Shown one piece after another: positions 53,473 through 64,000 of a stretch of 64,000 bases of DNA; the stretch's first letter is position 1; every line of letters starts with the position of its first letter. The DNA lies in the NCBI GenBank assembly GCA_964016885.1, contig OZ024747.1, forward strand, positions 73,098,001 through 73,162,000, read 5' to 3'. Origin of the DNA: Eledone cirrhosa. Taxonomy: Eukaryota. Under the pieces are notes generated by a model. That model was not told the origin of the DNA and made no database searches. It saw only the letters and a list, made by a program, of their open reading frames with translations. Both the position numbers and the translations under genes were made by a program.

Positions 53473-54132
53473 CTACCCCCCCCCCCCCGGGTCATTATGG
53501 GGTTTGAGGGCGAGGTAAGTCCTACGTAATCGGTGTTTACATGCAGTAACCAGTTCATCTTTCTTGTTTAGGAGTTGGTCCGTCGAAAACAGCATTTGTA
53601 ATGTTTCCTCCGAGCATAAATTGCACGGACGGCGTCCTCCCGTGTAAGAGTTGGATCTGGACAGTAATTTCCAAGTGAGATCATAGTTGATGTTGTTGTC
53701 CTTGAGGTCCCATATGTGGCCCGAAAGTGTAGTGGCGTGACGCCGGGCCGGGTTCCGGAAGGTATGTCTGTGTTGGTATAGCCGGGTCTTGAAGTCGCAT
53801 GCGGTTAATCCTATATAAGCTTTGTTGGAGGTGTCCGTGCTCACGTTGCACTGGTAGATCACATTACGGTCTCTGCATCTGTTGTCGAGGGGGCAACTGG
53901 ATCTATCAGGACAGTTGCACCCCCTGGTCGGCTCTCCACTGCTATTTAGGTTGTTTCTTCCATCGGGGATGAGTTTTTTGTTGTTGGAGGAGACGATGTT
54001 TTGTGCGAAGTTAGGTGTAGTGCTGTAAGAGAGTTTGATTGTATTTTTGTTAATTATGTTGTGGTAGCGGTGTTGTGGTGGGAAGTGTTTTCCAATGAGC
54101 CTAAAGAAAATTTTCCCGATGGGAGTTGTCAC
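53473..54132 (-). CDS. C-terminal part of Penelope-like ORF: linker plus GIY-YIG endonuclease (RT lost by 5' truncation)
   Basis: Open 219 aa with IGKxFxxLIxKHFP, NTIKLSYS, CNCPDRSSC (CxCx5C), VIY...YIG, FKTRLYQH, LSGHIWDLK, CNLCSEE and LLNKKDEL..CKH, the layout of PLE GIY-YIG endonucleases. The listed start is a truncation junction, not a true start codon. Confidence 0.9.
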   Translation of the reverse strand: MTTPIGKIFFRLIGKHFPPQHRYHNIINKNTIKLSYSTTPNFAQNIVSSNNKKLIPDGRNNLNSSGEPTRGCNCPDRSSCPLDNRCRDRNVIYQCNVSTDTSNKAYIGLTACDFKTRLYQHRHTFRNPARRHATTLSGHIWDLKDNNINYDLTWKLLSRSNSYTGGRRPCNLCSEETLQMLFSTDQLLNKKDELVTACKHRLRRTYLALKPHNDPGGGG

Positions 54133-54911
54133 CTGGGGTGTTTCTGTATTAATTTTCCGTTCTTTACTTTTACTTCGTACGATCTTTCATGTAGCTTGTA
54201 TAAGACTTTTTGTTTCGTGGCGGTACCCTTAGAGTTAGCACAAGTATTTTTTTGTGGGACCCTGAATTATATTCTCGTACTAGTTTACTTTCTTGCTCTG
54301 GGTGGTTGCTGGCCCTGTGATTGGGGTAGAAACCTTTATTATTTCGTGGTAGTCTCTTTAGTATTTTGGCCCCCCCCCCCTTTGTTGACCCGTCACCGTA
54401 CGATACACGCACTTATACCTTGTATAAGGGTCCCTTTATTTCCGTCCCACCTAGTTTATTTTTATTTATTTTTTACATTATATATATATGTATATATATA
54501 TATATTTTTTTAAAAATTTATTTATCTATTCTTTTATTCACTTATTTGTTTATTTATTTATTTATGTATTTCTTTAGCCTAGCAATAGCGAGAGACTTAA
54601 GTCTTAGTAACCAGACTTTGCTTATTTTTTTTATTTTTTCTCTCTCAGTACTTTTTATAGTTTTACCCTTCTTTGTTCTACTTACCGTTCCGACTTCCTC
54701 CCCCTCCCCCTCCCCCTCCCCAGTATCCTCTTTGACCTCACACCCAGCTGTAGCCGGCACTACCAACGCATGAATGGGTCTACTCCACCTCCTCTCCCTT
54801 TTTCTCCTACCGGCAGGTTCAGCTACCCCTTCCCCCACCAATTTGCCATCACAGATTTACTACTAACTTGTGATGTGACCAATCCTGGTGATTATCTCTT
54901 TGACCATATAT

Positions 54912-55023
54912 GGAATTACCCCTTGATAAGCTCGGCTATTTAAATACCAGAATAAATTTTCATTCAGTCCAGAATTAGCCGTCGAAACGGCTTGAGCTCA
55001 GCCGTCGGGGTCTTACTTGTTCC
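54912..55023 (+). ncRNA. Type I hammerhead ribozyme, U3-A8 core variant (family A)
   Basis: Stem I ACCCC (54918-22) pairs with GGGGT (55007-11), extended by GGAA/TTCC. Core TTGATAA at 54923-29. Stem II G..CGGCTA/TAGCCG.C. GAAAC at 54984-88. Stem III ACGGCT/AGCCGT. GTC triplet at 55004-06. Confidence 0.8.
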
Positions 55024-55629
55024 TATTGCCCACTCTACTACCCTAAGTATTGAGTACTTTGGTGCGTTATGGTCCACCTGGTTCCTTACCACATTTCCTT
55101 CGTTTCCTTCGTTATATATATATATATAACATCCTATTCAAGAATTAACTAGTATTTAATGAAGAAATCTCAAAGAGATATATTGTGCATCAATATCCCG
55201 AGCCCTAAAAATCCCCCCCTCCCTCACGTATATTCATTTATCCGACATACCATTCTTCTCTGTCATACATCGAAATTCCTGGCCATAATAATTCCGCTTT
55301 TTTACGTATACTAATGTTTTCGACACACCAATTTCCTGTAGCCTGTTAATTATTTAACCTTACAATCAGATAATTCCATTCAGTCAACATACTCAATCAA
55401 CAAAACGTAGCTGTCACTGATTTTCTCTCATGTATTTGCTCAATGCGTGAGTGTATATTTGTAAACAGTTCTTGAATAGATGAAAACTTGACGTATTCGC
55501 ATGATAATTGAATGTGTGAAACATTTGCTAAAGCTTTTTCAGTATCTAATGAAATCTTTATATATTGTTCACTAATTGCATGTCTATATGTTGGCACATG
55601 TTTTTGCTTCTTCCCTCCTTCAATCGTCT

Positions 55630-55759
<130 letters not shown>

Positions 55760-55895
55760 GTATATACAGGCACAGATGTATAAAATTACTACAGAGACTG
55801 ATCTACAACGTATGAGATTATAAAAATAATATATAAAACTCCATGTTCATTTATCAGGAGAAGTAACTCAGCGCGAGGATTATGGCTCAGAATAT

Positions 55896-55965
55896 TGGCA
55901 GTGTACAATTTACAGTGTGCAATTGGCAGTGTACAACTGGCAGTGTACAACTGGCAGTGTACAAT
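55896..55965. repeat. 14-bp minisatellite, ~5 units (TGGCAGTGTACAAC)
   Basis: Directly visible. Confidence 0.8.
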
Positions 55966-56159
55966 TAACAACTGATTTAATTGGATTCGGTTCTTTATAA
56001 TTTCCGTTTCAGTGCATCTCGGTTTGCATCTGAAAATGATGGCAATCAACAAAAATAACTTTCTGTGTGGTATTAGTTTTATTGTAAATTTGATGTCCTA
56101 GTTAAATCATAATTTTCCAGAATATTAAGCCCATCTGAATAATTATTCTTCCTGTTAGA

Positions 56160-56800
56160 CCCGTAACTGCTGAGGGTATCGTAGAGGCCCCGTATTGACA
56201 TGTCGATTCTCTAGGGCATTTGTAAACCTGGCGGAGCCCCTCTCCAGGTCTGAATACAACACATTTCTTCTAGAGAAGGATAGAGAGGGTGAGAGAATGG
56301 AAGTAAGAAAGATATATATATATATATAGAAGAAGAATAGACTACAGAGAAGAAAGTCGAGACGAATACCACAAATTATTCTATCCGACGTTCTAACAAC
56401 TCTGCCAATTCGTTGTTGTTTGTATAATTATATTTAGTTTTAAATCAACCTTTAGTCATCATCAGCTGTTTTAGTCTGGGATACTTATATTGTTACTGAC
56501 TAGATTTAAATTAAGAATTTTTATTTCTAAACGTAGGGAAAATGAATGTATTTGTGTAGTCGCTCCGGCTGGGGCCAACTTATCCTTTCCAGGTGGATAA
56601 ACAAGTACCAGTTAAGTACTGAAGTCGATTCTTCCCCTATATCTCTTTCTCACTTCCTCTCTCTCACTTTCTATCCTTCTCTAGAAGAAATCTGTTGTAT
56701 TCAAATCTAGTGAGTAGATGAGATCCGCCAAGCTTAAAAATGGTCAAGAAATGCGGTAATTCACTACGGCTCCTCTACGACTTCATCAGGGATTACGGTA
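56160..56800. mobile_element. Two oppositely oriented family 2 SINE remnants (56160-56410 minus; 56575-56800 plus)
   Basis: Shared TCTCTTTCTCACTTCC..CTATCCTTCTCTAGAAGAAAT motif on both strands. Confidence 0.6.
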
Positions 56801-57154
56801 TCATACCATACCATAGTCAATTATATCAGGCTCACGACTCTACTGTTATCAACCCCGTTGTTTCGCCAATCTATTTTGTATTCAATGTAGATATAAATAT
56901 TTTAAAATATACTCTCCAAAGATGAGTTTAGTAGCTCGGAAAATGATAGTCTCATTACAAACAAATCGTTTGTGACATTTAGATATTTAATCAGACATTT
57001 CTTGCACATTTACTTCTCACAAAATAATCGAACCTTAAATTTTACGAACCAATCATCTGCTTGATTGCTCGATCTCCTATAAATAACAGTCTAATCCTCT
57101 TCAGGTCACACACTAGCAACTTAGAGAGAGAGGGAGAAAGAGAGAGGGAGAGAA

Positions 57155-57187
<33 letters not shown>

Positions 57188-57259
57188 GAGAGAGAGAGAG
57201 AGTGAAAGAGAGATGTTTCTGAATGGGAGGCGAATCAAGGTCAAAACATCTTTAATCAT

Positions 57260-57388
57260 AGGGCTACCCGATATAACACAGGGCTACCCGATATAACACA
57301 GGGCTACCCGATATTACACAGGGCTACCCTATATAACACAGGGCTACCCGATATAACACAGGGCTACCCGATATAACACAGGGCTACA
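57260..57388. repeat. 20-bp minisatellite, ~6 units (AGGGCTACCCGATATAACAC)
   Basis: Directly visible. Confidence 0.92.
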
Positions 57389-57592
57389 CGGCTAAACAAC
57401 AACACTTATTTGTTAACGGTAGTTGTAAATTTCTGGTTTCCCCTCTTTAAATACTCAATGTGTTTAGGACATTGTTTCCAGAGAAATAATTAATACATTT
57501 CCATGTTTCCTACGTGCTAGATTTGAAAACTTGAAACATGTAACAGAGAAGGTATATTGGATGGGGTACTGCTGCTGTGCTACTACCACTAA

Positions 57593-57890
57593 CAAAGTAA
57601 CACACTGGGGTTGATTTAATCGACTTTCCTTCCACCCAAAGTCGTTGGCCTTGTGCCTAAATCAGAAATTATTATTTTAAAGGGCGGTGGATTAACAAAT
57701 ATTAGTAGAGTGTCAGATATCATGCTTCGTAGCATAGAGTTACGACCCTTTATATTCTGAGCTCAAATATGCCTTTCACCCTTCCGCAGTCGATCAAATT
57801 AAAGTACCAGTAATGTACTGGAGTCAATTTAATCGACTTTTCCCTCTACCCGAAATTGTTGGCCTTGTGCCTAAATCAGAAACAATTATT
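57593..57890 (+). mobile_element. Family 1 SINE variant (longer tail) preceded by an extra tail
   Basis: TTTAATCGACTTT..TTGGCCTTGTGCCTAAATCAGAAA occurs twice; head at 57681. Confidence 0.8.
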
Positions 57891-58414
57891 ATTTTTATAG
57901 CAGTAATGGTAATAATAATTGTCATATTTTTAATGAGCGCTTTCATTGCACAATAGACACAGCTCTGCGTGACTTGGGTGAGCATACAAATTTGTTTTCT
58001 TTTGTCTGTGTGTATTATTATACGGAAATATTATCTCACACTGATATGTTTTATCTTATGTCGGAAATAAATACATGACTTCTTTTCGACAAAAAAGCCG
58101 AATGTGAATACAAAATGATGAAATTTCCTCCGACGAACTGGAGGATCTATAAAGATATTTATTAAACTGTTTCCTACATTTAGCTTCTATCTTCTTTCCT
58201 TCCTTGTTGGATTCTTTCGTTACGACTAAATTTAGTTTATTTCATTTCATTTTGGTCCAAATTATTATATTGACAGTATAAGCCACACTAGCTTTCCTAT
58301 TGAGTATGGCTAATTGTACAAATAAGGAGAACTCTGCTCATAAAGGAAAATCAAGGCAATTGACTCTCACACATCAAATATGCACATACATACATGTCGG
58401 ATTGTGTGTGTGTG

Positions 58415-58478
<64 letters not shown>

Positions 58479-59831
58479 TTTATATATATATATATACACA
58501 CACAGACATATATATATATATATGTATATATATTTATATATGTATATATATTCATGCATATATGTGTGTGTGTGTATGCTTCTATGTGTGTGCATTTTTC
58601 TATGTGTTGATGCATGTTATTTGGATATACAGTAAGGAAAGATTTACAATTGTAGCAGAAAACGTGACTTCTCTGAGAGATTTCCCAGGAGAATCAGGAA
58701 CTTGCTATAATAGGGATTATTTCTTGGAGCTTAAGATAATGAAATAGAAAAAGCAGCATAAAACAATTTCACCGCCATTATTTTCCTTTTCGGTCGTATT
58801 TCCTTGTTCAACTTTCTACTGGTTGACATTCGGCATGGCATAACAACAATAGAACCTTTTCAGAATAGAAGTTATATTTCTATGACGTTAAAGAATGCAC
58901 TTGTCCTGTTTATCAATGGAATGATTACAGAAAAGTGTAATGATTCAAGAATATTCTTCATTTGTATATATCAAAGTAGATTGCCAATTGAAATATGATA
59001 ATAAGCGATAAACCCAACGTAATTCAATTGTATTCTCTAGCTACTATTTCTTTTTTGCATTTGAATAACTTGAACACACAAATATCCAACATTAATTAAC
59101 CTTATATGTGTAAAAATCAAATAATAAAATGTCAACACATACAGATTAATCAATAACTGCACTAAAATCCGGAATCCGAGTAATATATCGTTTTCGTCTT
59201 GCAATAGTTACGCCTCCGATATAACTAATTGATTTTACAGAAAGCCAACTAGCTAAATTGTACCTTTACATATATAAAAAAAATGCACGTCAGTACGCAC
59301 AGAAGCGCATCCACAAAATACTTTTTCGACACGCACAAAGATTTAAAATCTATTAACATATATATAATTAAATCTTCCGCACGTTATACTGTATCAGCAG
59401 GTAGGTTTGGGTTTCAAATATTTCTGTGGTTTACAGTATCAACATACTGGGTTCAAGTCAGACTGACGGAGAACGGTGTTTGGCAGAAACGTTCATTGAC
59501 TGAAAAGTATATAGGTTTATCAAGATACTCTCATGCAATGACCAAATGAAGTTTATTTTTTAACATAGTCCACGGAAAGAAACAATGCAGTTATTAATAA
59601 GAAGAGTTGAAATGAATGCATGCAAGATTTCACAGCGCTAACATTCCTCATTCATAGTTAGCCTATGAAATGTCCAACCTATCCTCGTATGTAAGGAATT
59701 TATACGTTTGTCAGTATGTACAGACATAGTGAACAGAATTAAAAACATTTTCAAAAGTTTAAAAGCTTCACTGAAAAGTTTCACATGTTTATTGTAACTA
59801 AAAGAATGGTACAGCTCGAGGAAGTCTCGAT

Positions 59832-60091
59832 ACTATAGCTATTTATCACAGCGGAAACACAGGGTCCCAATGGAAGTGACACAGTTGCAGAGACACTCGA
59901 CACTATAGCTATTTATCACAGCGGAAACACAGGGTCCCAATAGAAGCGACACAGTTGCAGAGACACTGTAGCTATTTAGCACAAAGGAAACACAGGGTCC
60001 CAATGGAGGCGACACAGTTGCAGAGACACTATAGCTATTTACCACAAAGGAAACACAGGGTCCTAATGGAAGCGACACAGTTTCAGAAACA
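59832..60091. repeat. ~63-bp minisatellite, 4 units
   Basis: TATAGCTATTTATCACAGCGGAAACACAGGGTCCCAATGGAAGCGACACAGTTGCAGAGACAC repeated. Confidence 0.9.
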
Positions 60092-60807
60092 CGTAAGTCG
60101 AGATCCTTACTTTCACATATGTTTGTCCTCTATGTGGAAGAAACTTTCTTAGATTTCACTGACCAGTCATCAATAACATTCATTTAAACACATATCAATG
60201 ATCGTGCCTATAATCACGAATAGCATCAGTGTGTTGGCAAATTGCATCTGCCGAATCTGAAGCATTGGCAATGTTGAAATCTTCTATTTCGTGTTAGCTT
60301 TTGTCTGACATCGGAAATTAGTCATATAGGAAATAATTGATGTCACGTCAGCTTTGAATGAAGTGAATTCTAGAAACAACACAGAAATAATAACAAGGAA
60401 AAAATAATGATAAAATGAAATAAAAATAAAACCTTATAGCACTTAACACTTTCACTTACTGGCGAGGAGACAGTTATCAGAGTGAAGTAAATATTGATAT
60501 TCTCCATAGTAACATTATTTTGAAGATATTTTTTAATGCTTACTATAACAATATAATTGATAGTTGCTGACCGACAGTGTCCTTAAAAACCTGTCCTTAC
60601 TCTAAACCTACAGCACGTCCTTTACTAAAATGTCGACTATAAACACGATGGTAAACAATGAAGGAATTTATAGAAGACTATTATAAAGTGAATAGCATGC
60701 AGTGTTTAGTTTTGTGCAGATAAAGAACAAACTGTGTAATACTTACAAAACTATGGTGAAATGATCATGGTTGTAGTGATGGTGTTAGTTATAGCAATGA
60801 TTGTATC

Positions 60808-61140
60808 CGCTGGATTGGCAGTAATCGGTAGAGCGCCAGACACCATGTTTTGCAGCATACAGTTACGGCCCTTTACTTTCTGAGTTTAAATCCTGCCGAG
60901 GTTAGCTTTGCCTTTCATCCTTACGGGGGTCGATGAAATAAAGTACCAGTAATGTACTGGAGTCGATTTAATCGACTTTCCCCTCCGCTTAAAAAACTTG
61001 CTGGCCTTGTGCCTAAAGTAGAAACAATTATTATTATTAGGTTAACTTTGCCTTACATCCTTACGGGGTCTATAAAAGAAAGTACCAGTAATGTACTGGG
61101 TAATTGCTGGCCTTGTGTCAAATGTAGAAACAATTATTAT
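60808..61140 (+). mobile_element. Family 1 SINE followed by a second body/tail
   Basis: Head TTGGCAGTAATCGGTAGAG; body and tail repeated at 61039-61140. Confidence 0.82.
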
Positions 61141-62751
61141 TAGTAGTAGTAAGAACTGATGAAGGGGGTGCTATTGATAACGGTAGAAGTGATAGTGGCG
61201 GTTGCTATAGTAATCGCTAGAGGTGATTAACGGTGTTATGTTGCTTTTCTAGTGATGGTAGGAAAGATACTATGAATGTGGTAAATCCTGATGGCAGTAA
61301 GACAGTGAGCCTTGTTGTTTAACGACAGATCATCTTTAATTGAGCAGATATATAATCAAAAGGATCCCAGCTGTGACCACCCCACACTCTTTACAGTTAC
61401 AGTTCATCTAAGAGTACATTGACCAATGTATCTAACCTTTTCTTAAAGGTGATATGGTTGGATTTGAAATAAATTTGACTGCTATTTATTGCAGATTGAG
61501 CAGTGGAAACGAAGCCCCTTTGTTGTCTCGTAGTGAGGATGATAGTGTGAATAGCTGTTGATATGTACAAGTAATTAAGGTGGAAAATAACGGCCATGTG
61601 AACATTAATTGCCTGAGAGAAGCTGTAACGCATCCAGCATTGTAGGTAATAGATTGTGGCCAAGCATGTTTTTTTTCGACCTATTGATTGATGTCATATT
61701 AATACTTTCAAGTTCTTAAGTATCTATGCTGCCAATATCAGGAAAATGGTTAAAATAACACAGCAATTCTGCAATAAACAGAATATATAAATATCAAAAC
61801 AAATGGAAATGAACAGATAATGAAACAAAACATATCGACAATTTTCAAGATCTAGATAAATAAATAACTGCAAAAATGAAAACAATGTTGAAAATTAAAT
61901 GTTTAGATTACAGAAGGGAAAACTGAAACAATGATGAAATAAATAAATTAATAAAAAAAACAGTAAAAATAACAAATAAAAGCTATCGATAATAGAGAAC
62001 TGTATGGTAACAAGGAAGCAGGCCACCGTATTAGCGTAAGATATTTAAAAGAACGTTTAGCTTTGAACAAAAAAAAAAAGAACCCCCCCCCCCACACACA
62101 TATATATATACACAAATAAAAAAAAATAAAAATTAGAGATAAACTATGAAAATATTCGAATTATAAGAAAAAAGTGCTTTTATTTCTACACGTTTATTAA
62201 TATTTCGAAGAATTTTTTTATAAAGAGTAGAAAAGAGTTTACAGAGGAAAACACAGTAAAAGAAAATATTGCTTTAGGTTGTGTATATGGTTAAGGTGTT
62301 CAGTAAACACATATATATGTATGCAAACGTTCAAAATATATATGCATACCAACTATTGAGAGAGTTCTTTAATGTTATTGCCAAACCTATCGAATGTAAC
62401 ATATTTGAAATGTAGGTTTCATGTTTTACGTGACATATTTTAGGACAAAACTTTTGAACCCTCTAAAAAACCCCATAAACTTCAAAATAAAGACAAGATC
62501 GCAAAATATTCATCGAGTGGATGCTATATAATAAATCACATCTAAGGGCTACAAAACACGAGAGGCAGGATTAATACCCATAATATTATAAGCACAGCCA
62601 AGTGCAAGTCTATCTATCTATCTATCTATAATTTTTTAAATTGCATTTGTGATAATATTTTACACGTTTTTATTGTATGTAAACTTCCCCCTTTGTATTT
62701 GTCCCCTTCTTTTGTGCCCCTGTGGCTAATAAAGAAACATATTTATCTATC

Positions 62752-62821
<70 letters not shown>

Positions 62822-62960
62822 TCTCTCTTTCTATATATATATATATATGTGTGTATATAAAGGGTGGTGGAAGCATTTCTGAATTGGAGTGGTGGTGCAT
62901 GGGCCACTTCCCAACCCCCCTCAGTCCCCCCTCTCTCCCTCTCTATATATATATACATAC

Positions 62961-63146
62961 ATACATAATATATAAGAACAAAAGATGGTTAAAGGAGTTC
63001 CATGTATTTTATTATGCGCATTTCAAAAACAAATATCATCATGCAATAATATTTGTGTTTTCATCAGATAAACAGGAGGACATGATATGAAGGGTAAAAA
63101 ACATTTGTGGATAGTTCAGTTTTAAATCAACATATCACCTCCTACA

Positions 63147-63147
<1 letters not shown>
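62961..63147 (-). mobile_element. Family B hammerhead element, second copy
   Basis: Reverse-complement match to ~45750-45926, flanked by (TACA)n/(TA)n. Confidence 0.7.
63005..63074 (-). ncRNA. Minimal type I hammerhead ribozyme (family B, second copy)
   Basis: Minus strand reads TGTTTAT-CTGATGA-AAACACAAATATTATTGCATGATGATATTTGTTTTT-GAAA-TGCGCAT-A-ATAAAATA. Core is intact. Confidence 0.82.
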
Positions 63148-63234
<87 letters not shown>

Positions 63235-63236
<2 letters not shown>

Positions 63237-63425
63237 CAAAGGAAATGTGGTAAGGAACCAGGTGGACCATAACGGACCAAAGTACTCAATACTTAGGGTA
63301 GTAGAGTGGGTAATAAGAACGAGTAGGACCCCGACGGCTGAGCTCAAGCCGTTTCGACGGCTAATTCTGGACAGAATTAGCCGTCGAAACGGCTTGAGCT
63401 CAGCCGTCGGGGTCCTACTCGTTCC
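63235..63425 (-). mobile_element. Truncated family A Penelope terminus with perfect 53-bp fold-back
   Basis: Long terminus on the minus strand, then arms 63317-63369 and 63372-63424 are exact reverse complements. TA tracts on both sides. Confidence 0.88.
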
Positions 63426-63449
63426 TATATATATAATGTAAAAAAAAAA

Positions 63450-64000
63450 ATGCCCTTTACCATTTCTTAAGGGGTTGATATATCGAGCTTCTTCGTATTT
63501 GGTCTTGGTTGTCCATCGTAAACGATGATGACATCTTCTTTGTTGTTCCCGTCTGCCGTGGGTGCGAAGGTGGCTGTGGAGGCCGATCCTTGACTTGCAG
63601 GTCCGGCACCTGTTACCTCCGCCTCTCGCCCATCACCGCAGGGCTTTGGGAGTGCACGCTAAAGAAGAAACCTGCGCGGGAAAGGTTTATAGTGGCAGGG
63701 CCAGTGCACAGTGACGGTCCCACACACTCGGCCGCAAAAGCCAGAATCCGGTGGTACGGAGGTCCGTCACGACCAAGGACTTCCTTGGCTGCAGTGGATA
63801 GCCACGACGTCTGTAGTGCCTTGCTGTGCCCTAGCGCTCCACACCGCTTGCTGTCGCCGCCTTCGTGACCGTTGGGACGATGTTGTCCTCCTCCACTCAA
63901 TCCGCATGCAGGGGTAGGCACCCCCTATCTAACTCACCGAGATGTTTCAGACCCGTCCGGCTACCCTCAACCTGGTTCGCCCGCCAGCCAAGGCGGTTTA
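63450..64000 (-). mobile_element. Decayed GC-rich retroelement fragment, possibly L1/Tx1 ORF1
   Basis: Abrupt GC rise. KRCGALGHSKA resembles a broken CCHC zinc knuckle. Runs off the window edge. Confidence 0.4.

Larger units (their letters stand above)
52151..55112 (-). mobile_element. Penelope-like retroelement (probably Naiad-type), 5'-truncated, with inverted pLTR-like arms, inserted in (TA)n
   Basis: GIY-YIG ORF at 53473-54132. Arms 52151-53060 and 54135-55023 are near-identical reverse complements. Each arm carries a hammerhead motif. (TA)n lies on both flanks. Confidence 0.9.

Noticed and set aside
52151-54132. Selenocysteine recoding or a SECIS element, as reported for some Naiad elements
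   Set aside because: The surviving ORF has no in-frame TGA, and I found no convincing SECIS by eye in the 3' region. The missing RT part cannot be assessed.
61397-61663. 88-aa ORF ending TFKKRLDTLV
   Set aside because: It may be a decayed CR1/L2-type 3' end, but it rests on one short motif and there is no support as a gene.

Overview
AT-rich eukaryotic intergenic/intronic DNA saturated with microsatellites. The SINE families, (TA)/(CA)/(GGT) tracts and Tx1-type LINE point to a cephalopod (Octopus-like) genome; this is inference, not a database result. No intact host gene is supportable, and most ORFs in the track are microsatellite translations. Main content: (1) a ~4.35 kb frameshifted L1/Tx1-clade LINE (APE endonuclease, RT with YADD, C-terminal Cys/His motif) inserted in an (ATT)n tract, with most of ORF1 missing; (2) a 5'-truncated Penelope-like element (GIY-YIG endonuclease, CxCx5C linker, probably Naiad-type) flanked by ~0.9 kb inverted arms, each carrying a type I hammerhead ribozyme with the non-canonical UUGAUAA (U3-A8) core; (3) short fold-back derivatives of that element and a second hammerhead-bearing short element family, all embedded in (TA)n; (4) many tRNA-derived SINEs, some with target-site duplications; (5) two Helitron-like non-autonomous elements; (6) a 5.5 kb 29-bp satellite and several minisatellites. 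The most interesting signal is the set of hammerhead-carrying, TA-associated, fold-back retroelements with recurring breakpoints.
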